From: Clostridia bacterium
Lineage (GTDB): Bacteria; Bacillota; Clostridia; Christensenellales; CAG-138
Length of the DNA stretch: 64,000 nucleotides
Assembly (NCBI GenBank): GCA_017509785.1
Contig: JAFWOT010000009.1
Span: forward strand, 6,596-70,595
Reading direction: 5' to 3'
Shown: positions 1 to 8,631 of the stretch, piece by piece
How positions within the stretch are numbered: position 1 is the first letter of the stretch
How the letters are laid out: every line of letters starts with the position of its first letter
The notes under the pieces: model-generated
Told to the model about the DNA's origin: nothing
Database searches by the model: none
What the model saw: only the letters and a program-made list of their open reading frames with translations
Translations under genes and position numbers: made by a program

Positions 1-201
1 TGCGGCGGCTGCCGCATAAGCCTCGTTCGCGGGGGCGAGCGCATAACGAAGTTCGCCTGCGTCGACGGACCCGATTTCAACGGTTATGAGATAGATTTCG
101 ACGAGGCCATGAGCCGCGGCAGGATGTATTTCGGTTTCGAACGCCGCGCCCATGAGCAGACCTGTAACCTTTTAAGGAAGGGGGAGAGCGAGAATGCCTA
201 A
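1..201 (+). CDS. C-terminal part of a dihydroorotate dehydrogenase electron-transfer-subunit-like FAD/NAD-binding 2Fe-2S protein (NfnA-like); 5' end outside window
   Basis: Frame 1 reads CGGCRISL...KFACVDGPDF...ENA* (TAA 199-201), the typical C-terminal 2Fe-2S motif; overlaps the start of the next gene. Confidence 0.85.
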   Translation, partial: CGGCRISLVRGGERITKFACVDGPDFNGYEIDFDEAMSRGRMYFGFERRAHEQTCNLLRKGESENA

Positions 202-1612
202 CATGGATCCGAAAAAGAACCCCATGCCGGTTCAGGAGCCCGAGGTAAGGGCTCATAATTTCAGCGAGGTCGCCCTCGGCTATTCCGAGCAGACCGCCTA
301 TGATGAGGCGAACCGCTGCCTCAACTGCAGAAACATGCCCTGCGTTTCCGGATGCCCCGTCAACGTGCGCATCCCCGCGTTCATAGAGAAGATCCGCGAG
401 AGGGATCTCGAGGGCGCGTATGAGGTCATCCACCGCACCTCCTCCCTGCCCGCCGTCTGCGGCAGGGTCTGCCCGCAGGAGACCCAATGCGAATCGAAGT
501 GCGTCCGCGGCATAAAGGGCGAGCCCGTCGGCATCGGCAGGCTCGAACGCTTCGTCGCAGACCGCCATAACGAGACCTGCACCGCCGAGCCCGTCAAGCC
601 CGAGCCCAACGGTCACCGCGTCGCCGTCGTCGGCTCCGGCCCCTCGGGCCTGACCTGCGCGGGCGACCTCGCGAAGAAGGGCTATTCCGTTACCGTTTTC
701 GAGGCGCTCCACAGGGCGGGCGGCGTGCTCGTCTACGGGATACCCGAGTTCAGGCTCCCGAAGGCCATTGTCGCCAAGGAGGTCGAGACGCTTAAGAAAC
801 TCGGCGTCGACGTTCAGACGAACGTCATAATCGGCAAGACCCTCACCGTCGACGAGCTCTTCGAGCAGGGCTATGAGGCCGTCTTCATCGGCTCCGGCGC
901 GGGGCTGCCCAATTTCATGAACATCCCCGGCGAGAGCCTCAAGGGCGTTTATTCCGCCAATGAGTTCCTCACGAGATCGAACCTCATGAAGGCGTATCTC
1001 GACGATCCGCATACCCCCATAATGAAGGGCGGCAGGGTCGCCGTAGTCGGCGGAGGAAACGTCGCGATGGACGCCGCCCGTACGGCGCTGCGCCTCGGGG
1101 CCGAGCACGTCTATATAGTCTACCGCCGCTCCATGGAGGAGCTCCCCGCCAGGCGCGAGGAGGTCGAGCACGCCATGGAGGAGGGCATCGACTTCCGCCT
1201 GCTCAACAACCCGGTCGAGATACTCGGCTATAATAACCCCGAGGATCCGCGCGACCCGAAGAACGGATTCGTCACCGGCATGCGCTGCATAAGGATGGAG
1301 CTCGGCGAGCCCGACGAGCGCGGCAGAAGGAGGCCCGTGGAGATCCCCGGCAGCGAGTTCGAGCTTTCGCTCGACGTCGTCATAATGGCCATCGGAACCA
1401 GTCCGAATCCCTTGATAAAATCCACCACGAGCGGGCTTGAAGTCAACCGAAAAGGTGGTATAATAGTGAATGAGGACGGGCTCACCTCGCGTGAGGGCGT
1501 CTTTGCCGGAGGTGACGCCGTGACGGGCGCCGCCACGGTCATTTCCGCCATGGGAGCCGGCAAGACGGCGGCCCGTGCCATAGACGAATATCTTAGTTCC
1601 AAGGAGGAATAA
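194..1612 (+). CDS. NADPH-dependent glutamate synthase small-subunit-like oxidoreductase (NfnB-like)
   Basis: RCLNC..CVSGCP and CGRVCPQETQCE Fe-S motifs, GSGPSG and GGGNVA nucleotide-binding motifs, FAGGD; paired with an NfnA-like gene. Confidence 0.88.
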   Translation: MPNMDPKKNPMPVQEPEVRAHNFSEVALGYSEQTAYDEANRCLNCRNMPCVSGCPVNVRIPAFIEKIRERDLEGAYEVIHRTSSLPAVCGRVCPQETQCESKCVRGIKGEPVGIGRLERFVADRHNETCTAEPVKPEPNGHRVAVVGSGPSGLTCAGDLAKKGYSVTVFEALHRAGGVLVYGIPEFRLPKAIVAKEVETLKKLGVDVQTNVIIGKTLTVDELFEQGYEAVFIGSGAGLPNFMNIPGESLKGVYSANEFLTRSNLMKAYLDDPHTPIMKGGRVAVVGGGNVAMDAARTALRLGAEHVYIVYRRSMEELPARREEVEHAMEEGIDFRLLNNPVEILGYNNPEDPRDPKNGFVTGMRCIRMELGEPDERGRRRPVEIPGSEFELSLDVVIMAIGTSPNPLIKSTTSGLEVNRKGGIIVNEDGLTSREGVFAGGDAVTGAATVISAMGAGKTAARAIDEYLSSKEE

Positions 1613-1614
1613 CA

Positions 1615-2028
1615 ATGAGCAAGTGCCCCAACTGCGGCATTGAAACGGACGGCAAATTCTGTCCTCAATGCGGAAGCTTCGTACCCCAGCCCGCGGCAGA
1701 GCGCGCGGCTGCCCCCAACCCGACCTACACCGCTCCCGTTATCGTCAACGCCAATCAGGACACCCGGATACCGGAGCAGTACCGCCCCCTGAGCCCATGG
1801 GCCTACTTCGGATACTCACTGCTGTTCTCCATTCCGATCGTCGGCTTCATACTGCTCATCGTCTACTCTTTCAACGATTCCAACCTCAACCGCCGCAACT
1901 ACGCAAGGTCCTTCTGGTGCGCGCTGCTCATTTCCGTGATCATCGCTCTGATCACGCTGGGCATCTTCCTCCTTGCGGGAGGCTCCTTCAGAGAGATCTT
2001 CGATAACGCCGGACGCTATTACTATTGA
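1615..2028 (+). CDS. Zinc-ribbon membrane protein
   Basis: N-terminal CPNC...FCPQCG, two hydrophobic segments; AAGGAGG SD upstream. Confidence 0.75.
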   Translation: MSKCPNCGIETDGKFCPQCGSFVPQPAAERAAAPNPTYTAPVIVNANQDTRIPEQYRPLSPWAYFGYSLLFSIPIVGFILLIVYSFNDSNLNRRNYARSFWCALLISVIIALITLGIFLLAGGSFREIFDNAGRYYY

Positions 2029-2046
2029 AGCTGAACGGAAAAACCG

Positions 2047-2078
2047 GAACGGCGGGGGAGCCCCCGCCGTTCGTATTT
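2047..2078 (+). terminator. Intrinsic terminator-like hairpin
   Basis: GAACGGCGGGG-GAGC-CCCCGCCGTTC followed by GTATTTT. Confidence 0.6.
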
Positions 2079-2132
2079 TGCGCGAAGGCGGCTTTTTCTC
2101 TCTAATATATTGCTTTTTTTGCCGGAAAAAGC

Positions 2133-2160
2133 TTGACAAACCCCTTTTCGGTGCTATAAT
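2133..2160 (+). promoter_or_regulatory. SigmaA promoter of the infC operon
   Basis: TTGACA-N16-TATAAT with extended -10 TG. Confidence 0.8.
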
Positions 2161-2170
2161 AGAAAGGCTT

Positions 2171-2290
2171 GAAGCAGAAGCTGCCCGCTTCTCACTCGCC
2201 GTGTTCCGTCATGGCGCAGTCTCAATGGCAAAACGCTTATATCAATAAGTCTTTTTATGCGGGCGGCGGAATGCCGTCCGTTTTGTTTTT
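2171..2290 (+). ncRNA. L20 ribosomal protein leader
   Basis: AAGCAGAAGCTGCCCGCTTCTCAC...GCGGGCGG plus hairpin and U-tract directly upstream of infC-rpmI-rplT, matching the Firmicute L20 leader. Confidence 0.82.
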
Positions 2291-2324
2291 GCTTCGGGCA
2301 AATTATTATCGGAGGTGAAACACC

Positions 2325-2843
2325 ATCGCAGCTAATGAATTGATGATCAATGAGCAGATCCGCGACCGCGAAGTCCGCCTGATAGGCGAGGACGGGGAGC
2401 AGATGGGCGTCGTTCAGATAGCCGTCGCGCAGAGAGTCGCGGAGGAAAGAGGGCTTGACCTTGTCAAGATCGCGCCGCAGGCGAATCCGCCTGTGTGCAA
2501 GATAATGGATTACGGCAAGTATCGTTTCGATCAGTCCAAGCGTGAGAAGGAACAGCGCAGGAATCAGACCGTCGTCGAAATGAAGGAGGTCCAGCTTTCA
2601 GCGACCATCGACACGCACGACATGGAAGTCAAAGCCAAGGCGTGCAACAAATTCCTCAAGGCGGGCAACAAGGTCAAGGTCTCCATCCGCTTCAGGGGAA
2701 GGCAGGCTGCTCACGGTGATATCGGCCTCGAGGTAATGAACACATTCCTGGAGATGGTTGCGGAGAACGCTGTCGTTGAGAAGCAGCCCAAGCAGGAAGG
2801 CAGGAACATGTACATGTTCCTCGCACCTAAGATCAACAAATAA
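2325..2843 (+). CDS. infC: Translation initiation factor IF-3 (probable ATC start)
   Basis: [36 protein letters not shown]; GGAGGTG lies 7 nt before an in-frame ATC at 2325. Confidence 0.95.
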   Translation: MAANELMINEQIRDREVRLIGEDGEQMGVVQIAVAQRVAEERGLDLVKIAPQANPPVCKIMDYGKYRFDQSKREKEQRRNQTVVEMKEVQLSATIDTHDMEVKAKACNKFLKAGNKVKVSIRFRGRQAAHGDIGLEVMNTFLEMVAENAVVEKQPKQEGRNMYMFLAPKINK

Positions 2844-2865
2844 TTTATTTAATGGAGGAAATCCC

Positions 2866-3066
2866 ATGCCGAAACTTAAGACCCACAGGGGCGCCGCAAA
2901 GCGTTTCAGCTTCACAAAGAGCGGCAAGATCAAGAGGGGCAAGGCCTATAAGAGCCACATCCTTACCAAGAAATCCACCAAGCGTAAGCGCAACCTGCGC
3001 CAGACCGGCTTCATTGCGGAAGAAGAAGCAAAGAAGATCGGCGCTCTGATACCGTACAAGAAGTAA
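2866..3066 (+). CDS. rpmI: 50S ribosomal protein L35
   Basis: [14 protein letters not shown]...HILTKKS; SD GGAGG; operon position. Confidence 0.96.
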   Translation: MPKLKTHRGAAKRFSFTKSGKIKRGKAYKSHILTKKSTKRKRNLRQTGFIAEEEAKKIGALIPYKK

Positions 3067-3081
3067 GGGAGGAAATGAATC

Positions 3082-3441
3082 ATGGCAAGGATCAAGAGAG
3101 CAGTCAACGCCGCCAAGAAGCGTCGTAAAGTTTTTAAGCTGGCAAAGGGTTACTGGGGCGCCAAGTCGAAGCTCTACCGTGCTGCCAGCCAGCAGGTTAT
3201 GAAGTCCCTCGCCTACGCTTACGTCGGCAGGAAGCTCAAGAAGCGCGAGTATCGCCGTCTCTGGATCGCCCGTATCAACGCCGGCGCGAGGATCTGCGGC
3301 ACCAACTACTCCAAGCTCATCCACGGCCTCAAGCTCGCGGGCGTAGAGGTCAACCGCAAGGTCCTGGCGGATCTCGCCGTCACCGACATGAACGCCTTCA
3401 ACGAGCTCTGCAGCGTTGCCAACAAGGCGCTCGAGGCGTAA
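3082..3441 (+). CDS. rplT: 50S ribosomal protein L20
   Basis: MARIKR...AKGYWG...RLWIARINA...NRKVLADLA. Confidence 0.97.
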   Translation: MARIKRAVNAAKKRRKVFKLAKGYWGAKSKLYRAASQQVMKSLAYAYVGRKLKKREYRRLWIARINAGARICGTNYSKLIHGLKLAGVEVNRKVLADLAVTDMNAFNELCSVANKALEA

Positions 3442-3455
3442 ACCGATCGAAAAAC

Positions 3456-3485
3456 AAAGGAACGGTCGCTCCGATCGTTCCTTTT
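3456..3485. terminator. Probable bidirectional terminator between rplT and spoVAC
   Basis: AAAGGAACGGTCG-CTC-CGATCGTTCCTTTT between convergent genes. Confidence 0.7.
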
Positions 3486-3505
3486 CCATACAAAAAACTC
3501 CGGCG

Positions 3506-3985
3506 TCATCCGGCGCCGATCGCCCATGCGATGAGCCCGACTATCGCCGAGCTCGTTATCCCGTATACCAGAACCGGCCCCGCGATGGTGAACATCTGTG
3601 CGCAGACCCCGGTGACGATCCCCTCCGCGCGGTGCTCCATCGCGGGGGCGACTACCGAGTTTGCGAACCCCGTTATCGGCACGACGGAGCCCGCCCCGGC
3701 AAAGCGGCCTATCCTGTCGTAGACGCCTATCCCGGTCAGAAGCGCCGCGATGAATATCAGCGTCACGGAGGTGAACGCCCCGCGCGCCGCCTCGTCAAGG
3801 TGAAGTACGCTTCCTCCGAAGTCGCTTATCGCCTGCCCTATACAGCATATGAGGCCCCCCGAAACGAACGCGAGCAGACAGCGGAGCCGCGTCCTGCTCC
3901 GCGGCATGCGCTCCTTCACGAGCGCGAGGTAACGCGCCTGCTCCTTTATTTCGGCCGGGCCGATCTTTCTTTTCGGCTTTGCCAT
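3506..3985 (-). CDS. spoVAC: Stage V sporulation protein AC
   Basis: AFVSGGLICCIGQ, GVYDRIGRFAGAGSVVPITGFANSVV, MFTIAGPVLVYG. Confidence 0.88.
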   Translation of the reverse strand: MAKPKRKIGPAEIKEQARYLALVKERMPRSRTRLRCLLAFVSGGLICCIGQAISDFGGSVLHLDEAARGAFTSVTLIFIAALLTGIGVYDRIGRFAGAGSVVPITGFANSVVAPAMEHRAEGIVTGVCAQMFTIAGPVLVYGITSSAIVGLIAWAIGAG

Positions 3986-4010
3986 GTTCCCTCCACGAAT
4001 TCTTTTTCAA

Positions 4011-4039
4011 CAGTATTTCCTTTTTTAAAATTTTTAAAC
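4011..4039 (-). promoter_or_regulatory. Possible forespore sigmaF-type promoter of spoVAC
   Basis: GTTTA-N14-GGAAATACTG on the minus strand (consensus GYWTA-N15-GGnRAnAnT; spacer one short). Confidence 0.45.
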
Positions 4040-4101
4040 AGCTTAACGCCGCTCACCTGAATATATATTTGAGAAACATGCCAAATGAGCCCGATTTGCA
4101 C

Positions 4102-4130
4102 TTGACTGAAATGACTTTCAATTATATAAT
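4102..4130 (+). promoter_or_regulatory. SigmaA promoter of rny
   Basis: TTGACT-N17-TATAAT. Confidence 0.75.
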
Positions 4131-4236
4131 AGTATGAATGTCTGTATCATGGGCGAGGACCGTGCTCCGCGCATCCACCGATAGGCGCACCGTGCCGCGC
4201 ATGTTTGGCATATTACATATATTGGAGGAATTGACT

Positions 4237-5787
4237 TTGGAATGGTGGCATTGGCTGCTGATCGTTGCCGGGCTTCTTTTGGGCGCGGGCATCGGTACAG
4301 CGATAGGTTACAGTTACCGGAAGAACATCGCCGAGGCTAAGACGGCCAAGGCGGAGGATGCGGTCAAGAAGATGATCGACGACGCGCAGAAGCGCGCCGA
4401 GACCCTCAAGAAGGAGACCATACTCGAAGCAAAGGAAGAAGTCTACCGTATCAAGACGGAGCAGGAGCGTGAGAACAAGGAGCGCCGGAACGAGGTACAG
4501 CGCGCGGAGCGCCGCCTCCAGCAGAGGGAGGAAAGCTTCGACAAGAAGCTCGAGGGTCTCGAGAAGCGCGAGGAGCAGCTCAACGTAAGGACCAAAGAGG
4601 TCGACAAACTGGAAGCTGCCGCTCAGGAGCTCTACGATAAGCAGAAGGGCGAGCTCGAGCGCGTCGCCTCCATGACGGCGGATGAGGCGAAGGCCATCAT
4701 CCTCAACAACGCCGAAAAGGAAGCCCGTCATGACGCGACACTCATGATCCGCGATATCGAGTCCAAGGCGAAGGCCGAGGCGGACAGGCGCGCGGTCAAC
4801 ATAATCGCCTCCGCGATACAGCGCTGCGCGGCGGATCACGTCGCAGAAACGACCATATCCGTCGTCCCCCTTCCCAATGATGAGATGAAGGGCCGCATAA
4901 TCGGGCGTGAGGGCCGCAACATAAGGACCCTCGAGACGGCGACCGGCGTCGATCTCATTATCGACGATACCCCGGAAGCGGTCATACTCTCCGGCTTCGA
5001 CCCCGTCCGGCGCGAGGTCGCGAGGATCGCTCTCGAGAAGCTCATTCTCGACGGGCGCATACATCCCGCCAGGATCGAGGAAATGGTCGAGAAGGCCCGC
5101 AAGGAGGTCGACAACCAGATCCGCGAAGCGGGCGAATCCGCGATATTCGAGGTCGGCGTGCACGGCCTGCATCATGAGCTCGTAAGGCTGCTCGGGCGTC
5201 TCAAATACCGCACGAGCTACGGCCAGAACGTGCTGAAGCATTCCATCGAGGTCGCGCATCTGGCGGGCCTCATGGCCGTGGAGCTCGGCGTGAACGTCCA
5301 GCTCGCGAAGCGCGCGGGCCTGCTCCACGATATAGGCAAGGCCGTCGACCATGAGGTCGAGGGCAGCCACGCCCAGATCGGCGCCGATCTCGCGAAGAAA
5401 TACCGCGAGAACAACCAGATCGTTCACGCGATCCAGGCGCACCACGGGGACGTCGAGCCCAACACCGTTGAGGCCGTCCTCGTCCAGGCGGCGGACGCCA
5501 TCAGCGCCGCAAGGCCGGGAGCAAGGCGCGAAACGCTTGAGAATTACATCAAGCGCCTCGAGAAGCTCGAAAACATCGCCACCTCCTTCGACGGCGTCGA
5601 TAAGGTCTTCGCCATCCAGGCGGGGCGCGAGGTGCGAATCATGGTCAAGCCCGAGAACGTCAACGACGCCGACACGCTCCTTCTCGCGAAGGAAATCGTC
5701 AAGCGCATCGAGGCGGAGCTCGAGTACCCCGGCACCATCAAGGTCAACGTCATCCGCGAGACGAGGGCCGTCGAGTTCGCCAAGTGA
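4237..5787 (+). CDS. rny: Ribonuclease Y
   Basis: N-terminal TM, coiled coil, KH motif [16 protein letters not shown] motif LLHDIGK; TTG start chosen from GGAGG at 4224. Confidence 0.96.
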   Translation: MEWWHWLLIVAGLLLGAGIGTAIGYSYRKNIAEAKTAKAEDAVKKMIDDAQKRAETLKKETILEAKEEVYRIKTEQERENKERRNEVQRAERRLQQREESFDKKLEGLEKREEQLNVRTKEVDKLEAAAQELYDKQKGELERVASMTADEAKAIILNNAEKEARHDATLMIRDIESKAKAEADRRAVNIIASAIQRCAADHVAETTISVVPLPNDEMKGRIIGREGRNIRTLETATGVDLIIDDTPEAVILSGFDPVRREVARIALEKLILDGRIHPARIEEMVEKARKEVDNQIREAGESAIFEVGVHGLHHELVRLLGRLKYRTSYGQNVLKHSIEVAHLAGLMAVELGVNVQLAKRAGLLHDIGKAVDHEVEGSHAQIGADLAKKYRENNQIVHAIQAHHGDVEPNTVEAVLVQAADAISAARPGARRETLENYIKRLEKLENIATSFDGVDKVFAIQAGREVRIMVKPENVNDADTLLLAKEIVKRIEAELEYPGTIKVNVIRETRAVEFAK

Positions 5788-5867
5788 TCTGACAAAGGAA
5801 CGGCTCCCGTGGGTCACCGTGGGGGCCGTATTATTATGAAGTTCAGCGCGAAAAAAGGAGTTTCCCC

Positions 5868-6785
5868 ATGTATTTTGCAGACGGGCATTGCGATTTCCTC
5901 TATGGGCTCGTGAACGAGGGATATGATCTCGATTCCCCGAAGGGTATGCAGTCCGTGGCGCTCCCTCGCCTCAAGGCCGGCGGGGTGCGCCTGCAGCTCT
6001 TTGCCGCGTGGATGGACGCGAAGCATCGCTTACCGTATATCCAGCAGTTCCTCGCCATGGCGGACGCGTACGACCGCATGCTCGAAACGCATGAGGAGCT
6101 CGTTCCGCTGACTGAGGATTTCGACCCCGATTCCGGAAAGATCGCCGCGATGCTCACCATCGAGGGCGGCGAGGCCATAGAGGGCAGGGCGGATATACTC
6201 CGCTGCGCCCATCGCCTCGGCGTGAGGGCGATGTCCCTCACCTGGAATGAGAGGAACGAGCTTGCTTCCCCGGCCCTCGGCAGGAGCAGGCACGGGCTGA
6301 CCGAGCTCGGCCGCGAGATCGTCCGCGAGATGGCGAAGCTCGGCATGGCGGTGGACGTTTCTCATCTCAACGACGCGGGCATAGACGACGTCCTCTGCGA
6401 GGATGTGAAGGTCTTCGCCACGCACTCCAACGCGCGCGCGGTGTTCTTCTCGCCCCGCTCCCACAGCGATGAGCACATAAGGGAGATAGGCCGCAGGGGC
6501 GGCACCGTCGGGGTGAACTTTTATTATAAGCAGCTCACGGAGGGGCGCGTCGCGCAGATATCCGATATAGTCCGCCACGCAGAGCATATCCTGAAGGTGG
6601 GCGGGGAGAGCTGCCTCGCCATAGGCTCCGATTTTGACGGCATGGGCAGATACCCCGTCGGGCTGGAGGATCCCTCCGGGCTCCCGAAGCTCGCGGGCGC
6701 GTTTGAGGCCGCCGGTATCACCGGGGAGCTGCTCGAGAACGTCTGCTGGAGGAACCTCATGCGGTTCGCCAAATCGATCTGCTGA
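5868..6785 (+). CDS. Membrane dipeptidase family (M19) metallopeptidase
   Basis: DGHCD, IEGG, VDVSH, ATHSN, IGSDFDG motifs. Confidence 0.88.
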   Translation: MYFADGHCDFLYGLVNEGYDLDSPKGMQSVALPRLKAGGVRLQLFAAWMDAKHRLPYIQQFLAMADAYDRMLETHEELVPLTEDFDPDSGKIAAMLTIEGGEAIEGRADILRCAHRLGVRAMSLTWNERNELASPALGRSRHGLTELGREIVREMAKLGMAVDVSHLNDAGIDDVLCEDVKVFATHSNARAVFFSPRSHSDEHIREIGRRGGTVGVNFYYKQLTEGRVAQISDIVRHAEHILKVGGESCLAIGSDFDGMGRYPVGLEDPSGLPKLAGAFEAAGITGELLENVCWRNLMRFAKSIC

Positions 6786-6901
6786 AAGGAATTTGCCTTT
6801 TTCTGTCTGCGGATTGACACAGCTTTGAACATGCGGATTCATATTGAAATGGTATAATCCTGTCGAACGGAGGGAGATCCCTCCGACAAGAGGGACGGCA
6901 T

Positions 6902-7612
6902 ATGGAAGCGACGACTATATTCGAGCGTAAGGAAATAAAGTATCATCTTACGAAACAGCAGCATGACGAGCTTCTGCGCCTCATTGCCGAACACATAGCT
7001 CCCGATATGCACGGGCTGACGACCATCTGCAACATCTACTTCGACACCCCCGATTCGCGCCTCGTCCGCGAATCGATAGAGAAGCCCTTATATAAGGAAA
7101 AGCTCCGTCTGCGCTGCTACGGGGTCCCGAATGCGGAAAGCCCCGCGTTTCTGGAGCTTAAAAAGAAGTTCCGCGGCATAGTCTACAAGAGGCGCGAGAT
7201 ACTCCCCTATGATGAGGCGATGGACTTCCTCGTTGGGGGCAAGCGCCCCGAAAGACGGAGCCAGATTTTCGAGGAGATAGATTGGGTCCTGCATTTTTAC
7301 AGAGGGCTTGCTCCCGCGATGGCTCTCTTCTACGATAGGATCGCCTTTGTCGGCGTCGAGGATCCGGAGTTCCGGGTCACTTTCGACAACAACATCCTCT
7401 ACCGTACTGAGGATTTGGATCTCTCCCACGGGGCGTACGGCACGCCGCTTCTCGATAAGGATACCTATATTATGGAGCTCAAGATATCCGAAGCTATGCC
7501 GCTCTGGCTGACGGAGGCGCTCGATAAGCTGAAGATATTCCCGGCGTCGTTTTCAAAATACGGCACGGCGTACGGGCAGCTCCTGCAAAGGGCGGAATTG
7601 ATAAAGCAATAA
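6902..7612 (+). CDS. VTC-domain (polyphosphate polymerase-like) protein
   Basis: ERKEIKY, NIYFDT, KEKLRLRCY, FLELKKK, RVTFD, MELK, SFSKYG. Confidence 0.88.
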   Translation: MEATTIFERKEIKYHLTKQQHDELLRLIAEHIAPDMHGLTTICNIYFDTPDSRLVRESIEKPLYKEKLRLRCYGVPNAESPAFLELKKKFRGIVYKRREILPYDEAMDFLVGGKRPERRSQIFEEIDWVLHFYRGLAPAMALFYDRIAFVGVEDPEFRVTFDNNILYRTEDLDLSHGAYGTPLLDKDTYIMELKISEAMPLWLTEALDKLKIFPASFSKYGTAYGQLLQRAELIKQ

Positions 7613-7655
7613 ATCAGAAAGGGCGGCCCCTTTCAAGGAGCCGAAGGAACGAAAC

Positions 7656-8348
7656 ATGATCTCGAACGGAATATTCACAAGCCTCCTCCTGCATGACGGG
7701 TACATCGTCCCCAACGCGGCGATGATAGCCATCTGCTGCGGCGCCGCGCTGGTGCTCGGTGTGCTGACCTCCATACTCTACATGTACAGGAACAGCTACA
7801 ATCGCGGCTTCGCGGTCGCGCTCGTGCTGCTGCCCGTCGTCGTGGCGGCGGTAGTCGCAGTCGTCAACGGCAATATAGGCATCGGCATAGGCATAGGCGG
7901 CGCGTTCGGGCTCGTCCGCTTCCGTTCCGCTCCCGGCACGGCAAGGGATATACTCGCGATATTCCTCGCTATGGCGGCGGGGCTCATCTGCGGCTCCGGT
8001 TACGTGCTGCTTGCTGCCTGCGTCGTGGCGTTCGTTTTCATAGTCGGGTTCATAATGCTCACCCTCGGCTTCGGCACGAGGAACATGAAGGAGCGCGAGC
8101 TCCGCATAACCGTTCCCGAAAGCCTCGATTACACCGATTCCTTCGACGAGGTCTTCTCGGAATTCCTCTCCGCCTGTGAGCTCGAGAAGGTCAAGACCAC
8201 CAATATGGGCAGCCTCTACAAGCTCTATTACCGCGTCACCCTCAAGGATCCGAAGCGGGAGAAGGAGATGATCGATAAGCTCCGTGTCAGGAACGGCAAT
8301 CTCGAGATCGTCTGCGGCTTCATCGATACCTCGAAGCCCGAGCTGTAA
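7656..8348 (+). CDS. DUF4956-family membrane protein
   Basis: VNGNIGIGIGIGGAFGLVRFRSAPG, KVKTTNMGSLY, LRVRNGNLEI; typical neighbour of VTC-domain genes. Confidence 0.85.
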   Translation: MISNGIFTSLLLHDGYIVPNAAMIAICCGAALVLGVLTSILYMYRNSYNRGFAVALVLLPVVVAAVVAVVNGNIGIGIGIGGAFGLVRFRSAPGTARDILAIFLAMAAGLICGSGYVLLAACVVAFVFIVGFIMLTLGFGTRNMKERELRITVPESLDYTDSFDEVFSEFLSACELEKVKTTNMGSLYKLYYRVTLKDPKREKEMIDKLRVRNGNLEIVCGFIDTSKPEL

Positions 8349-8362
8349 GGATGATCGAATAC

Positions 8363-8397
8363 ACGGCGCAAAGGCAATGCCGATGCGCCGTTTTTTT
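8363..8397 (+). terminator. Intrinsic terminator after the DUF4956 gene
   Basis: ACGGCGCA...TGCGCCGT stem followed by a T-tract. Confidence 0.7.
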
Positions 8398-8600
8398 GCG
8401 GATGTTATGGGGCATAGGTTATTACCGAAAAAACAAAAAAGAAAAAACGCTTGACAAACTCAAAGCGGCGCCTTCCGGGGCAGGTTTATACTGCGCGACG
8501 GGTGCGTCATACAGCAGAGGACGGAGGACGTCGGCCTGACTGAGATCATACCACGGTAAAGCTCGATGAATTCAAAAGGCTCATAGGCGAATAAAATAAG

Positions 8601-8625
8601 GCGGCTCCGTTTTCCCCGGAGCCGC
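8601..8625. terminator. Terminator-like hairpin after the radical SAM gene
   Basis: GCGGCTCCG-N7-CGGAGCCGC, followed by CTTATTTT on the minus strand. Confidence 0.65.
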
Positions 8626-8631
8626 TTCGCG

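Noticed and set aside
77-1615. 512-aa minus-strand ORF, and similar long antisense ORFs (4213-5817, 14088-15923, 16249-18903, 28931-30976, 60443-61957, 62405-63958)
   Set aside because: They shadow well-supported genes on the opposite strand, as expected from high-GC codon bias, and carry no recognisable motifs
8502-8594. Selenocysteine read-through at TGA 8541
   Set aside because: No convincing start, selenoprotein motif or SECIS-like hairpin
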